A stretch of 63,685 nt of DNA, the filler included, from Phoronis australis (lineage: Eukaryota > Animalia > Phoronida): assembly GCA_002633005.1 (NCBI GenBank). It is 6 parts of 6 records of this genome, joined end to end, with 100 filler letters (N's around TTAATTAATTAA, not from the genome) between each part and the next. Parts side by side here need not be neighbours in the genome. Positions count along the whole stretch, not along the records: positions 1 to 14,954 come from NMRA01000025.1; positions 15,055 to 37,172 come from NMRA01000718.1; 4 more parts are not named here. One strand, 5' to 3'. Shown here in pieces: positions 10,501 to 22,500 of the stretch. Numbering within the stretch: position 1 is the stretch's first letter; each line of letters starts with the position of its first letter. The translations under genes were made by a program, and so were the position numbers. A model generated the notes under the pieces. The model searched no databases and had not been told where the DNA came from. It saw only the letters and a list, made by a program, of their open reading frames with translations.

Positions 10501-12458
10501 ACAGTCAGTACCCAGGGATCCGTGTCTCAGATTTTTGATTTACTCCCAAACAACCAAGTTACTAGTCACGAAACACTGACTCTCCAAATTTTGAGACATT
10601 ATTCCGCAAGTCATGAAACAAGTGTTCGAAATCCCCCCCTACTCCCCATTTGGCAAAGCGAGAAACAAAATGTCCAAAAAGAAGAAAACGAGACAAAAGT
10701 CCACTAAATTCATAGCACTGGATGTACCATTTTTTAGTAACAGGTGCACATTCTCAAAAATTCGCAGTTTAAAACTGAATATGACCGACAAAGATTTGCC
10801 ACTTAATGGAATTTAATTGAAGTCAGTCTCAGTCATTTAGCATATTTGGTACAAAAAAATTAAAGTCGGCAATGAAAAATATCTACGAAGGTTGACAATT
10901 TTCTCAAATTACATTGCATGACGCTTGTATTCTGCCGCCGACTGAACTCTTTACATAGCAACACCACGTGGCGAGACCGGCTTGACCACGAGTTGGATCA
11001 CCCAGAACTGCCAAGCAACATGTGAATCCGTTGAAAATAGTATGACAAGCAACTAATTTAAACCTAGACTGAGAATTTTACATTCCAAGCAAGAGGAGCA
11101 AAGAGAAGCAGTGGAAATGAAGCTACCAATCGCGTAGATGGTTCCGTGGCATTGCTTTCAGGGGCGGATCCAGGATTTTGAGTTGGGGGGCCAGGGCAGA
11201 CTATTAGCCAGGATTTTGCCCGTCAGACATTTGCACCCCCGAAGTTCCAAATGGAATCTGGGAAAATTTTAGGGGGGCTATGGCCCCCTTGGCCCCCCTC
11301 TAAATCCGCCACTGGCTTTTTATGACCGATATTGCTAGATGATAATGTCATGTTTTTCATTTGAAAATAGTCCGCACGTGGTTGAAGGTGGAGGTAACTC
11401 TGCCTGGATATCAGTAAAGTAATACACTCTTCTCTTGGCTTACGAAGTGAATGTTGTATGCAGACAACATCGCACCTCTTTAGTCATTGACAGTTGACGT
11501 GTGACTCGATAGTAACAGCGTGATGCAATAGCACTTGTGGGACTCAGCTAATAAGTTATGCAACGTACTGCGTACATTTTCAGATACTATAATCGAAACC
11601 TGCAATAGTACACATCAACGTGAAATCCCTTCAAGCATCATTGACAATCTCGAGACATTCAGCAGCGTGAATAGACGTGACGTCGGATTCAATGAGGTCG
11701 TCGGAGGATCAAACTCCTTAGAAAGTCCTGCAGAAAAGAATATAAACGAGCAGAATTCTTACATCGGCTGCAACACATTGCCACAAACGCAAACGAATAA
11801 ACGGAATGCTCCATGTTTGCCAGTAGTTTGCAACTGGCCTAAAGGGAAAAACTTCGAAACTCATGAGCACTACAAGACATATCAGTACGGTAGCGCAGGT
11901 GGGGAACTAGTGTTGTCGTCCAGCGTCAAAGTCTCAATTCCTCCAAACTCCTTTAAGAGCGGGGAGGTCTTTGGAATTAAGGGTGGACCTGTAAAAAATA
12001 TTGACGAGTTTCACGATTTCTTTAGGAGCAAAGAAGATGAAGACGTGATCTCTCCTGTGTATCAGATCGACGTCGACGAGAGGAAACAATTCAGTGGTCA
12101 TGTTAGATTGGTTCTGAAGCACTGTATTCAGAATCCGGAGGCATGGAAGACAATAAAGGTCTATCACTGTCCCTCCGCGGACACCCTATCCCAACTGACG
12201 GAGGTTCCGCTGAAGTCAAAAAACAACAACGTGGTTCAACCGATGTATTACGTGATTGAAAATAACCAGACGGTGTCTATCTACACTAAGCATTTCAGCA
12301 TCTTCTTTCCCACTGGCGATAGAAAAAGGAACATTAACATTAAGGCACATGTTTATGTGAAAGAGTGCGCCAAGGTGCCGGAGGGGTCACCGAAATCTAT
12401 GAAGCTGAGGGTTCACTTGAGCGACAGCTACCAGCAAATCGTAGAGGAGGATTTTAAG
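4184..12458 (+). CDS. TNF receptor superfamily-like gene with downstream ZU5/UPA-like exon (3' end missing; frame between TM and ZU5 exons broken in this allele)
   Basis: GT-AG exons with matching phases: 4184-4264 (MGCKCDVGYTKDLALRILVLVSFHIVT), 5912-6242 (TNFR cysteine-rich repeats), 6793-6864 (GTSSSDVFC), 7374-7489/7530 (TM), candidate 10959-11039, and 11584-12458 (ZU5/UPA-like). The link of the last exon to the TNFR part is inferred from strand, order and phase. Confidence 0.7.
5912..6242 (+). CDS. TNFR cysteine-rich domain exon
   Basis: Translates as CSLCPAGKLVQHHCTANQDTVCTPCPKGTYS...CKPCRTEC...CTDTQDIICSCGEGLWF...CLPHSKCPPG, which has canonical TNFR/NGFR CRD cysteine spacing. Acceptor ttttcag, donor GTAAGC. 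Confidence 0.93.
6586..6727. mobile_element. hAT-like MITE with 5-bp TSD
   Basis: TIRs CATGGGCGGCGCA / TGCGCCACCCATG; CTCTG directly repeated at 6581-6585 and 6728-6732. Confidence 0.65.
6793..6864 (+). CDS. TNFR exon completing the last CRD and starting the stalk
   Basis: Phase 1-1 exon GTSSSDVFCGVKKSWTKVESATTP; the GT..SD..C motif is typical of TNFR CRDs. Confidence 0.8.
7374..7530 (+). CDS. TNFR stalk and transmembrane exon
   Basis: Phase-1 acceptor tttgtag; reads VLSRPTTAVSTGSGKIGLGNTIAILVGISVASLCLISLT. Two GTAAGT donors at 7490 and 7531. Confidence 0.78.
7920..9345 (-). mobile_element. Degenerate non-LTR retrotransposon ORF1 (zinc-knuckle gag-like) in the TNFR intron
   Basis: Minus strand reads LRCYKYREYGHF...KCNHC..., then after a frameshift EPTCANCGDPHPAT, then LSYAQA. 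These are three decayed CCHC-type knuckles typical of I/Jockey-group ORF1, followed by internal repeats. Boundaries approximate. Confidence 0.65.
11159..11314. mobile_element. hAT-like MITE with 5-bp TSD
   Basis: TIRs CAGGGGCGGAT / ATCCGCCACTG; GCTTT at 11154-11158 and 11315-11319. Confidence 0.7.
11584..12458 (+). CDS. ZU5 domain plus start of UPA-like domain exon
   Basis: Motifs GGELVL..VKVSIPP, ISPVY, F.GHVRLVLKHC, VSIYTKHFSIF and KLRVHLSD resemble ZU5-UPA of UNC5/PIDD/ankyrin-type proteins. Acceptor ttttcag before 11584 (phase 1); likely donor AAG|GTACAG at 12459. Confidence 0.85.
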
Positions 12459-13797
12459 GTACAGTTTGTTGAAAATTCGTCAATATGAATATGCGGCGAG
12501 TATAATCTTGAATTTGTTGCATTTCCAGTAAATGACTGACCAAAACCTTGTGACTTAAATGCCCCGGTTTCATATAGCTTCCGACGCCGATCCGATGCGT
12601 TTGCTGCTGTAAAATGGTTCTCGGTGTCAACCGACAGTCTCGTGATTATCGGCCGAGCGTCGGTGACAAATATCCCAGTTTGCTACTCAATGAATCGTAC
12701 ATAAATGGCCGGATCGTCTTAAACATGGGTCGGGAATGGAACGCAATCTGTAGGATCAGCCGAGGATCGCTCGATACGTGACTAAGGTATAATGTAAAGG
12801 AGTAATATGCCAAATAGACAAATTTCGCAAAGCGACGTGAACGTGAATTATCACGCATTTATAATATCGCGTCGTACATGCCATTATGGGCTGTGACGTA
12901 ATCCCGATAGCGTTTGAGTATCTTAGACATCAAAAAGATTTTTATTTTGATAGGATTTTCAATCTTTCTTCTTTGCTTCAGTATAAAATGAACACGATTT
13001 TTTACTATAAATGTTCTTAAAGATTAGTTCCAAGAAAAGACTTTTTCCATAATCCTTATTCTGCCGCGGTTCACAGGTTATCATCGAACTAGAATGGATT
13101 TTTTCCAAAATCTAATTCTGTTGGGATTCTCTGGAGATTACGGAACTAGAATGGATTTTTAACAGATATGATTGTGCGTTTTTAAAATTTTTGCGTGCTT
13201 AATTTACATGCATCTATTTATTTTAAACAACATATAAATTTCGTATTCTAGCAGTAGACCATTTCTTGCAGGAGTTCGTAGAAACGATTTTTTTCACTTT
13301 CAACATGTATTTCTATCTTACATTTCTGCTACAGATATGTAGCAGATCTGTAGCAGATCTGTAGCAGACATGTCCTGCGATAACTGGACACCCTAAGCTC
13401 AGTTATTCAGATCACATTTATTTTCTCATTCACTTGAAAATTTAACTGTTACGAAACCCATTATTATTACTCTAATGCAAATCAGCACGCGCAATTTTAA
13501 TTGCAAAACAATTAATGAAATAACGTGTTAAACATAACCAAATTTCGTTTAATGTAAATTTTCAAGTGGAAACCGCGAAAACGTAGTTGCAGCTTTCTAA
13601 ATCATCATGTCGTTTTCGTTTTATGCAAACTTAGATTTTTTCAGAAAAATCCAAAAAGTCACATTTTTAACCCCTTATGCGAAAGTAGAACATTTCAAAA
13701 ACGATGCTTAAAGTTTAGGGGGATAGTGTATTAACTATAGTATTTGAAAGTTTCGTGTGAATCCGAGCAGGCATTTTTGAGATATTGTGTTCCGAAG

Positions 13798-14954
13798 TTT
13801 TTTTTCTTTCTTTTTTTTATTGGTATACAGAACAGAAATACAAATATGTAAGCAAAAAATCAAGTCATTCTCACCTTTAACATACACACGCACCGGCCCC
13901 CCAACTTACCCTTAGTAGGATGTTGTCAGGCAAAAGTTATGGTTAACCAGTTTCTCCATGTTGCATGGTATTCATCTAAATTACCATTATTTAATAAAAT
14001 CCTTCTTTGAATATAAAATTCTCTTTCTAATATCTTAAGGAACTGACAGAAACTGGGGATTATTTTTTTACACCTGGATAGGTAAATAAAATGTTTTAAT
14101 TGCAAAAGTATCCAATTTAAAACTTTATTTTCATTACTTATGGGCATCCCAAAAAACAATGTTTTTTTTGTCAATAACCATATTTATATCTTTTACCAAC
14201 AACACCCAAATGCGTAATTCTCCTATCAATGTTTTTATATTATTGCATTCGAAAAAGATGTGATCCACTGTTTCACTTTGTGAATGACAGAAGGTACATA
14301 CATCAGAGTCCACCAGGTTAATTTTTCTAAGAAAAGAGTTGGTTACAAGTATTCTATGTAATAGTTTAAACTGCAGTGTACAAAACTTGAAATCATAAGT
14401 AGTTTTAAAAGACAGTGAATATAATTTTTTCCAGTCACTTCGAAAGTTATAACCTTCTTTTTGAATTTTTTTTGGCAATAGGCAAAATGTTGTTGTGGAA
14501 GACACTTTCATATATCATTTTACATATTGAAGTGCAGTTTAAAAAATTGCGGATATTAAAAGGTATTATTGGTCCATATATCTTAATTAACTGCATTTGT
14601 AATGGTGTTCTCCTCAGAAACGACCTATTAGACTCAATCAGAGAACAATATTCCAAAAAGTTTGTAGATATGTTCGAGATCTTTTTGAATTCATTAAATG
14701 AGTAAAAACTGTTATTTTCATCAAGTAGGTCATTAATAAATAGAACACCACCACTAGCATACTTGCTAAAGAAGATAGATTTTCTGTCTATTAGTATTTC
14801 ATCGTTATGCCATAAACTTGTTGAGAGTAAATCGTTCGCATCTTTATGGGGCTGTTTACTAATGAAAAAAGACCAGTTACTTAGAACTTCGTTCCAAAAA
14901 GGATTGATTACTTCAGTATGGTATTTAATAAAAACATTTCCAAAATTTATAATA
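13798..14954 (-). mobile_element. L1/Tx1-like LINE 3' end (zf-RVT-like C-terminus), frameshifted, cut by contig end
   Basis: Reads LQFKLLHRILVTNSFLRKINLVDSDVCTFCHSQSETVDHIFFEC and LNWILLQLKHFIYLSRC. AATAAA and an A-rich tail lie on the minus strand at ~13798-13821. Confidence 0.88.
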
Positions 14955-15054
14955 NNNNNNNNNNNNNNNNNNNNNNNNNNNNNNNNNNNNNNNNNNNNTT
15001 AATTAATTAANNNNNNNNNNNNNNNNNNNNNNNNNNNNNNNNNNNNNNNNNNNN
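14955..15054. other. Artificial contig spacer
   Basis: N run - TTAATTAATTAA (stops in all six frames) - N run, 100 nt; an identical spacer recurs five times. Confidence 0.97.
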
Positions 15055-18000
15055 ACAGTGCACACATTCTCAAACTCATTAATTTAGGATTGTCCAGTTT
15101 GTGAGCTTGATACTTTTTGATATGGAAAATTTGTATGGTTAGATTTTTGATCAAAGGGAAAAATTCACTGCATAGAGACACAGGTCAAGCCAGTCTTTGT
15201 GTCAAGGTATGGTCAACACGTGCCAAGTCATATTGTATCTATGTTTAATTAATCCTTGAAATCACAGGATGTTACAATTCCTTAGTCCAAAGTGCCAATG
15301 AGCCCAGTTCCCGTATTGTCGTAGACATTTCTTGAAAAACGTCTTTTGCGCCATTCTTGAAATTTGGAAATTTGGAGTTTGCCATTTAGTGTTGGGGGGG
15401 GGGTGAGTTTTGTGATCTTCAGTTTTCGTTATGGTGTCTTCGCATATTAAATACCACTTAGACATTCATGAACTTTCCTACCCATTGAAGTACTCGTGAA
15501 ATTGATTAATGGCATTTTTGAACAGCGGAATTATCTCCCCTGTGATCCACGTGTCCGAGCCAGTTACCCTTGACGATGAATAGAAATGCAGAACTGGGGG
15601 GAACCATGAATGGTTCTTTTTTGCCTGCAACATTTGATTTACTTGAATGATATAATGTTTAGTTTGGATTACTATCGACTGTTTTGACCACAATTAAACT
15701 ATTCTGCCACGTACCTCTAGTCTATGAGTTGACACTTTTTATATTAGCATGAGCCAGATTACATGTTCACAGTTGTTGTTTTACAAACAGCAATGCAGCA
15801 CCATGTTTCAGCTGGTGGACTTAAGTATGGCTAGTACTAGATTTCAGAAAAAGTCAGTCTTTGAATAGTTTTCAAAATACAATTTCTGGACTCAACATTT
15901 CTAATTTCTTGAACTTTTTGCAACCCTAGTCGCTGTACCCGCAAGTGAATCTGGTTAATTCAAGTTAANTACTAAGGGTTCCCACTAAGTCCCTGCCTGT
16001 CGCACTACAATACCGTGTACTAATTGTTCCCAACTGTTGCAGGAGGAAGAACAACTTGCCAAACTTGAGCTTGAGTATGAGCTTCAAAAACAAATCACAC
16101 AAGCTGCCAAGAAGCTTGCCGAGGAGACGAGGGACAAAAATGTGCGCAAGAAGCGGCGACAGCAATACAATAAGGCGGTTACCAAGGTAACGGGTCAGGG
16201 TTGTGGTGACCCGAGCGAGGAAATGATGTGATTGGATGGCTTAGTTCGATTGTAGTTGAGAAAGTTGTGTGTTGAAAGTCAGGGCCCTCACTCACCTGAT
16301 GGGAAAGGTAGCTTTGCCTTCTGAGAGTTTTTTTTTCAGGTGATTGAAAATCCCCAACTACAGCAATGGGGCTGGAACTGGTGTGAGTTAAAAGCGATTT
16401 TAAACTGTTGGGCAATTTTTTAATCATGGGGGGTAATTTTTGGGCCTTAAAATAAAGAAATGCACAAGGCATGATTATTTTTATTGTTACTTGTAAAACA
16501 AAACTCGAGTTGGGGAATTAAAGCTTATTTTTCTTGAGAGCACCGGAATACCTTCTATTACCTGTGCTGAGCTCCTTTGTGCTGGTATTGGAGAGGTCAG
16601 TATATACTGATGACATGGTTTAGAGTGTAAGGCAATAGTCACAGGAGTCTGGTATTTTGAAAACCAGTTTGATAGCTGTTACTCAGTGGAGGAGAACTGG
16701 TTCTCAAGATGTGGGACCCCTGTATGTGAATATTATTGAGTTCATAAAGATGGTGGGGATATCCGTCACTGAAACAAATCCCCAATCAGAAATCACAGGG
16801 CTCTCTTGCTCCTAAGTGGTCAAGGGCTCTGTAGTGTTGATGCTTAATACGAAAGTCAACACCTGCTCAGTGCTGCTAATGAACATGTTGTTGTCTTCGT
16901 ATCATCTGAAAAGAATGTCACATGATTTTACACGAGTGCATTTGTTCAGATGGGATTGGAGTTTAACTAGCGGCAACTATTAGATTTTGATTCCTTGTTG
17001 CATTGGAAGTAAGGTATTTGCAGAGTGTAATAGCATAGTGTAATAATTGTTTGTATTTGTAGTTAAAAGAAATCCAAGAAAGATTAGAAGAAGCCCGACG
17101 GAAGGCTGGCAAGTCTGAAAGTATTAAAACGGACAGTAAGTGCTGCTCGTCTTCAGTGTACTAAAAATCTCCATATGGAAATACCAGAACGTGTCAAATT
17201 CTGTTTTCAGATCTACTGACTGTTGATAGGACTAGTGGCTTCAAATATAAATCTTACCAACTATGAGAGTGCTGTATTTGTTCTAAGCTTTTATCTATAT
17301 GAATGCATCTCCATTGTTCTTGATACTGTTGATTTGCATTTTTTTTCTTTTGAAATTACGGGCGTAGTTCCTGGTTTTTTGGAAGACATTTTTCAATATT
17401 TGATATTGAAATTTATAGGCACTATTGCCATGAAATTTGTGAACTGGATGCTTTTTGTCTCAGCTGGGACCTGTTGAGCCAAAAATATGGTAACTTTACA
17501 CTTATTTAGACCGAGTCGGATTAGAGACTCGTACCAAAATGTATGACTTGTCGTGACATTCTGTTTAGACAGTGTCAACAATTTAATGTTACAACATTTT
17601 AGTGAAGTAGGCCCCCTGGTGTTCAAGTGCATGATTCTTGTATTCGTTTATGCATAATTCAGTGTAAAATTGTTAACGACGTCGTCTCGCGTATGAATTG
17701 GCTACTTGTCCCGTCTGCTAACATGGACAAACCGTTTCAGATCAGAGTCTAGACAGTTGGGGACCGTTAGATAGTGGTATGTAACAAGACCCAGCTTGGC
17801 CTAGAACTGCACGCGCAGCTCTTTACCGTGAATAACCGCATGATTCTATTCATAACCAGATCAACTTGTTCAAATTACTCTCGGTATCTGTGTATTAAAC
17901 TGGTTGTTGTAATACTGTTGTAGTGGTCACACTGTAGTTGATCATAGATTGGTCTTAGAGGTCAAACTGTAGACAGCTGTATGTAAGAACTCTCTGAATG

Positions 18001-19562
18001 TCTGCTATACCCTCTGGTTAAAAGTTAACATGGTGTAAATCATACAACTGGCGACCTCTGTCAGTCATGTGTAGGAAAAAGTATAAATATTTGAAAATGA
18101 TATACTGATACTGATACTGCATATTTGATATTGGTACTTTGTCGGAAATCCGATAGTGAACTGTTGAAACAACGTTTTGAGCCTGTTAATTTTTTTTGTA
18201 TTTTGAGTTTCGAGTCACTCTTGTGCAACAAAATTGAGTCCAGTAAAGCATGGAAATATTAAATTGATATTTTCGAAATTCGTGGTGTCACTTGAAGCCT
18301 CTAGTAATTTTCCGTTCTTGATATTTTGCCAATATTTTGCACTTCAGTATACGGTAGATTATCGGTACCCCTAGGATATGATAAGCTTCAGTCTTGTATC
18401 ACAGTCCTCCTGTTGCAGCTTTCCATCCCGTCTCTGTTTCCTCACCACTTTACCCATAATGCGCCTGATGCTATCTGTGAAATACCGTCGGCTCGTCTTG
18501 CTGTGCCACGGTAAATACCCGTGTTTGTGTGGGATTGTGTGATGGAGAGGAAACCGCTGTTGTTGCCCGCTATCCTCGGCCCAGTCTGTTGTTGCCCGCT
18601 ATCCTCGGCCCAGTCTGTTGTAACCTTGCTACGACCTGGTGTCATGAAACAGTGCACACATTCTCAAACTCATTAATTTAGGATTGTCCAGTTTGTGAGC
18701 TTGATACTTTTTGATATGGAAAATTTGTATGGTTAGATTTTTGATCAAAGGGAAAAATTCACTGCATAGAGACACAGGTCAAGCCAGTCTTTGTGTCAAG
18801 GTATGGTCAACACGTGCTAAGTCATATTGTATCTATATTTAATTAATCCTTGAAATCACAGGATGTTACAATTCCTTAGTCCAAAGTGCCAATGAGCCCA
18901 GTTCCCGTATTGTCGTAGACATTTCTTGAAAAACGTCTTTTGCGCCATTCTTGAAATTTGGAAATTTGGAGTTTGCCATTTAGCGTTGGGGGGGGGGTGA
19001 GTTTTGTGATCTTCAGTTTTCGTTATGGTGTCTTCGCATATTAAATACCACTTAGACATTCATGAACTTTCCTACCCATTGAAGTACTCGTGAAATTGAT
19101 TAATGGCATTTTTGAACAGCGGAATTATCTCCCCTGTGATCCACGTGTCCGAGCCAGTTACCCTTGACGATGAATAGAAATGCAGAACTGGGGGGAACCA
19201 TGAATGGTTCTTTTTTGCCTGCAACATTTGATTTACTTGAATGATATAATGTTTAGTTTGGATTACTATCGACTGTTTTGACCACAATTAAACTATTCTG
19301 CCACGTACCTCTAGTCTATGAGTTGACACTTTTTATATTAGCATGAGCCAGATTACATGTTCACAGTTGTTGTTTTACAAACAGCAATGCAGCACCATGT
19401 TTCAGCTGGTGGACTTAAGTATGGCTAGTACTAGATTTCAGAAAAAGTCAGTCTTTGAATAGTTTTCAAAATACAATTTCTGGACTCAACATTTCTAATT
19501 TCTTGAACTTTTTGCAACCCTAGTCGCTGTACCCGCAAGTGAATCTGGTTAATTCAAGTTAA
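15055..19562. repeat. Near-identical 914-bp duplication (15055-15968 vs 18649-19562)
   Basis: Almost identical copies; the first starts at the contig edge and ends at a single N (15969). Confidence 0.88.
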
Positions 19563-22500
19563 CAGTCACGTGAACAATTGGTCAAGTCTTGGTAATTCCA
19601 TCACGTTGTATGCTTGGTAGTTAGAGCATGCAATGGGAGACTGGTTATTCACTAGGTGGCGCTTGTGAAGAGTGTCCCTTCTTGTTACGGTGTAATCTCA
19701 CTAACTTTGGACACATGTGACATCGTATAAATGCTGTTCCATATTCAAGTTAGTATGCAACCGTAGCCACCAGGAGGCAGTGTTTTGAAGGATTGTGGTA
19801 TTCACGTCGATCTTAAAAGTCCTGGGAAATTCTTGGCTAATTATTATTTTTGTCTGAAACTGGTGAGATAGTGCCATATCTGGGTTCAGTGGCAACACAT
19901 AGAACACTTGGGGCATTGATGGGCTGAAAGATGACCTGAAGGCATGTATAACAGTGCGACCATTGCTTCACAAGCGCCACCTGATGAATTTGGAAGTCCC
20001 CATTGACTGAGACGCTAAAACTTATTTACTGACTGCACTTCAACAGACAAAAGCAAAGAGTAGACTCACTAATTTTGTTTCAGTTTACTTAACAGCTGGC
20101 CCATGATTTTCGTTGGTTGGCAGTTTTACTGTCTCATAAAAGATTTTTCATTAGTTTGGGATTGTTATGGTATTAATAGCCGTAACTACAGTGATCAGAG
20201 TGACCTCTATTCGTGTATACAAAAACTACAGCATCTTTTTTCAGATGTATTAGAGTGCATAGTACTTGATGTATTTACTTAAAATCAATGTCAAATGTTT
20301 GCAAAATACAAATTTTTAAAAGTAAGTATAGTTGTTAAATGCAGTGGACACCATTTTACTTTGAGAGAGGTGTCTCCATTCTCCTTCAGTGTCATGTGAT
20401 TGTCACGTAACTTATTTTGCTCTATCTTTTACAGAACCCGCCTCTCCTGCCAACTCGCCGGCAGTTCGCCGACACCACCTTCAGGAAGACGACCGCTCTA
20501 AGGTCTCTGTCAGATCCCTCCCCAAAGTATGCATGTTCTTCTCTCCTCGCTTAATTGTCTTGTTGCGTACTCAACCATGTCTTTGTCTTAATGAAAGAGA
20601 ACGAGAGTGTCTTTATCGCACTCCATCCTCTAGTTAGTCTGTGTTTCCCAATAGTATCACGTGATATGCTTGTTGTAGGCTAGTTAGTGAGATGTTGCGT
20701 TCATGTTGTATGTACTCGTGGTCCATAGTTAAACCCTGTCACTCTCATTTTTCATAATGTGCATGTTCCCTAAGTCTTGTCAGTGACATGTGATAGTAGG
20801 ATCCTACAAACGCATGTTTCTAGTCGAGCCTAGTGTTCTCCCAATCTTGTTATATGATATACATGTTCCCCTGGTCTTGTCAGTGATGTGACAGTAGTAT
20901 CTTACAAACGCATGTTTCTAGTCGAGCCTAGTGTTCTCCCAATTTTCCTTAAGTTTATAATATACATGTTCCTCTAGTCTTGTAAAGGCATGTTTTAGTC
21001 AACCCCGGTGTTTCCCCAACCTTGTCATATTTTATGTGTGTTCACCGGGACTTGCCACTGATTGGTCGTATTCATATCCTATTTCTGCATGATTTAGTCA
21101 TCCCCGCTATGTTTACTGACCACACCATATTAACGGTTCTCTTACCTCGATGATGACACATCATGGTCATAATCTATTTATTTCCCTCTAATCGAACCGT
21201 TGTTTCTCTAAACTTTACCTTCTTCGTGTGTTCGTCTGGTCTAATCAGTCTCCCGCCACTTCTGTTACCTGGGAATACGCGCGCATGTCCTCAGCAAACA
21301 ATTGAAGTAACTTAACACGGATTCTTCCTGTTGCGGAGTCATCCATGTTGACAAAATATACAGGAGAGGTCAAAGTTGAGGGAGGATGAAAGCCCTCTCC
21401 TTTTGTGATAGTGCCACTACTTGAAATTTAATCTTAATTCTATTACTGCATTCAGTCATGTAATCTAACTTGAAGACGTGTCAAATGTAGCAAATGGCGT
21501 TGTGTTATTGTGATAGTTTTTAGCTTAGCTGAAGCAGAGTGCTGTGTAATCTGTATCCAGGTAACTTGTTTTGGAGGTGGCTTGTAACTTGGTAACACGT
21601 TTTGGGAGGTAGTCCAAGTTTTTAAACCTGTATCCAGGCAACGTGTTTTCCGTACGTCGTTATTGATTATATCGAAATGTGCACATTATTTTTTAGGTGG
21701 AAATTGTTGAAGTAGAACGCCAACGCCGATCATCGTCATCATCAAGGTCGTCTGCAAGATCAGGTTCTCCGACGACGGGAAGCCCCGCACACCACAGGTC
21801 ACGTGGCTCCACCCCCAGTCCTGTGCCTGCTCGGTAAGTGCCCGTCAAGTCCTGCTCATCTAGGCACTGGTCCCATTTTTTCTCTCATGTTCTCTTAGCT
21901 GACTATGTGACTAGAAATTAATTTGAATGTATTAACACACTGTGGTTATGTAATAATGACCTTACTTAATTTGCTGGGGATGTAGGGATCATTTTCAGTG
22001 TTTTAATTCTTAAAATAAACAATGTTAATGATTGCAGGACACCAAACCTTGGATTAGTGGCTTCACCAACAACCGATTACATCACGGCTTGTGTAATTAG
22101 ACTTCATCCAGAAAGATGATCTCATTATTCAGTTCTCTGTGCTCACTGTAAAGATTCAACAGTATGAGACAGGCGGCCTTCTCCCAGTCTGTTAACCCAG
22201 CTAAGGTGTTCAAATGTGCCAGACCAGGGGACCGTTTCATGAAAGTGACTCGGGACAGAAATTTTGTCTCGCGCTCCCTCTTCTCAGTTGCTGAATAAAG
22301 TTTTAGCCAAATAATTATGAACACATCACAGTCTAGAAGTAATTTGCAGATTAAAATTATTTCAGTAACTCGCAGTTATGTGTATATTCTCAGAGATTTT
22401 GTGCTTTAGCTTAAGTGAGATTTAAAAGTGTTTTTCAGAAAAAGTTGTGTGGAGCGTAAGACCAAATTTCTACCTTAAGTCTTGAGTCACTTTTCATGGA

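Noticed and set aside
14999-15010. TTAATTAATTAA palindrome inside N runs (five occurrences)
   Set aside because: Synthetic six-frame-stop spacer, not biological; synteny across it is meaningless.
18326-18514. Possible extra FRMD4-like exon
   Set aside because: Its donor phase (2) does not fit the next exon (phase 1), and the flanking exons already join in frame.
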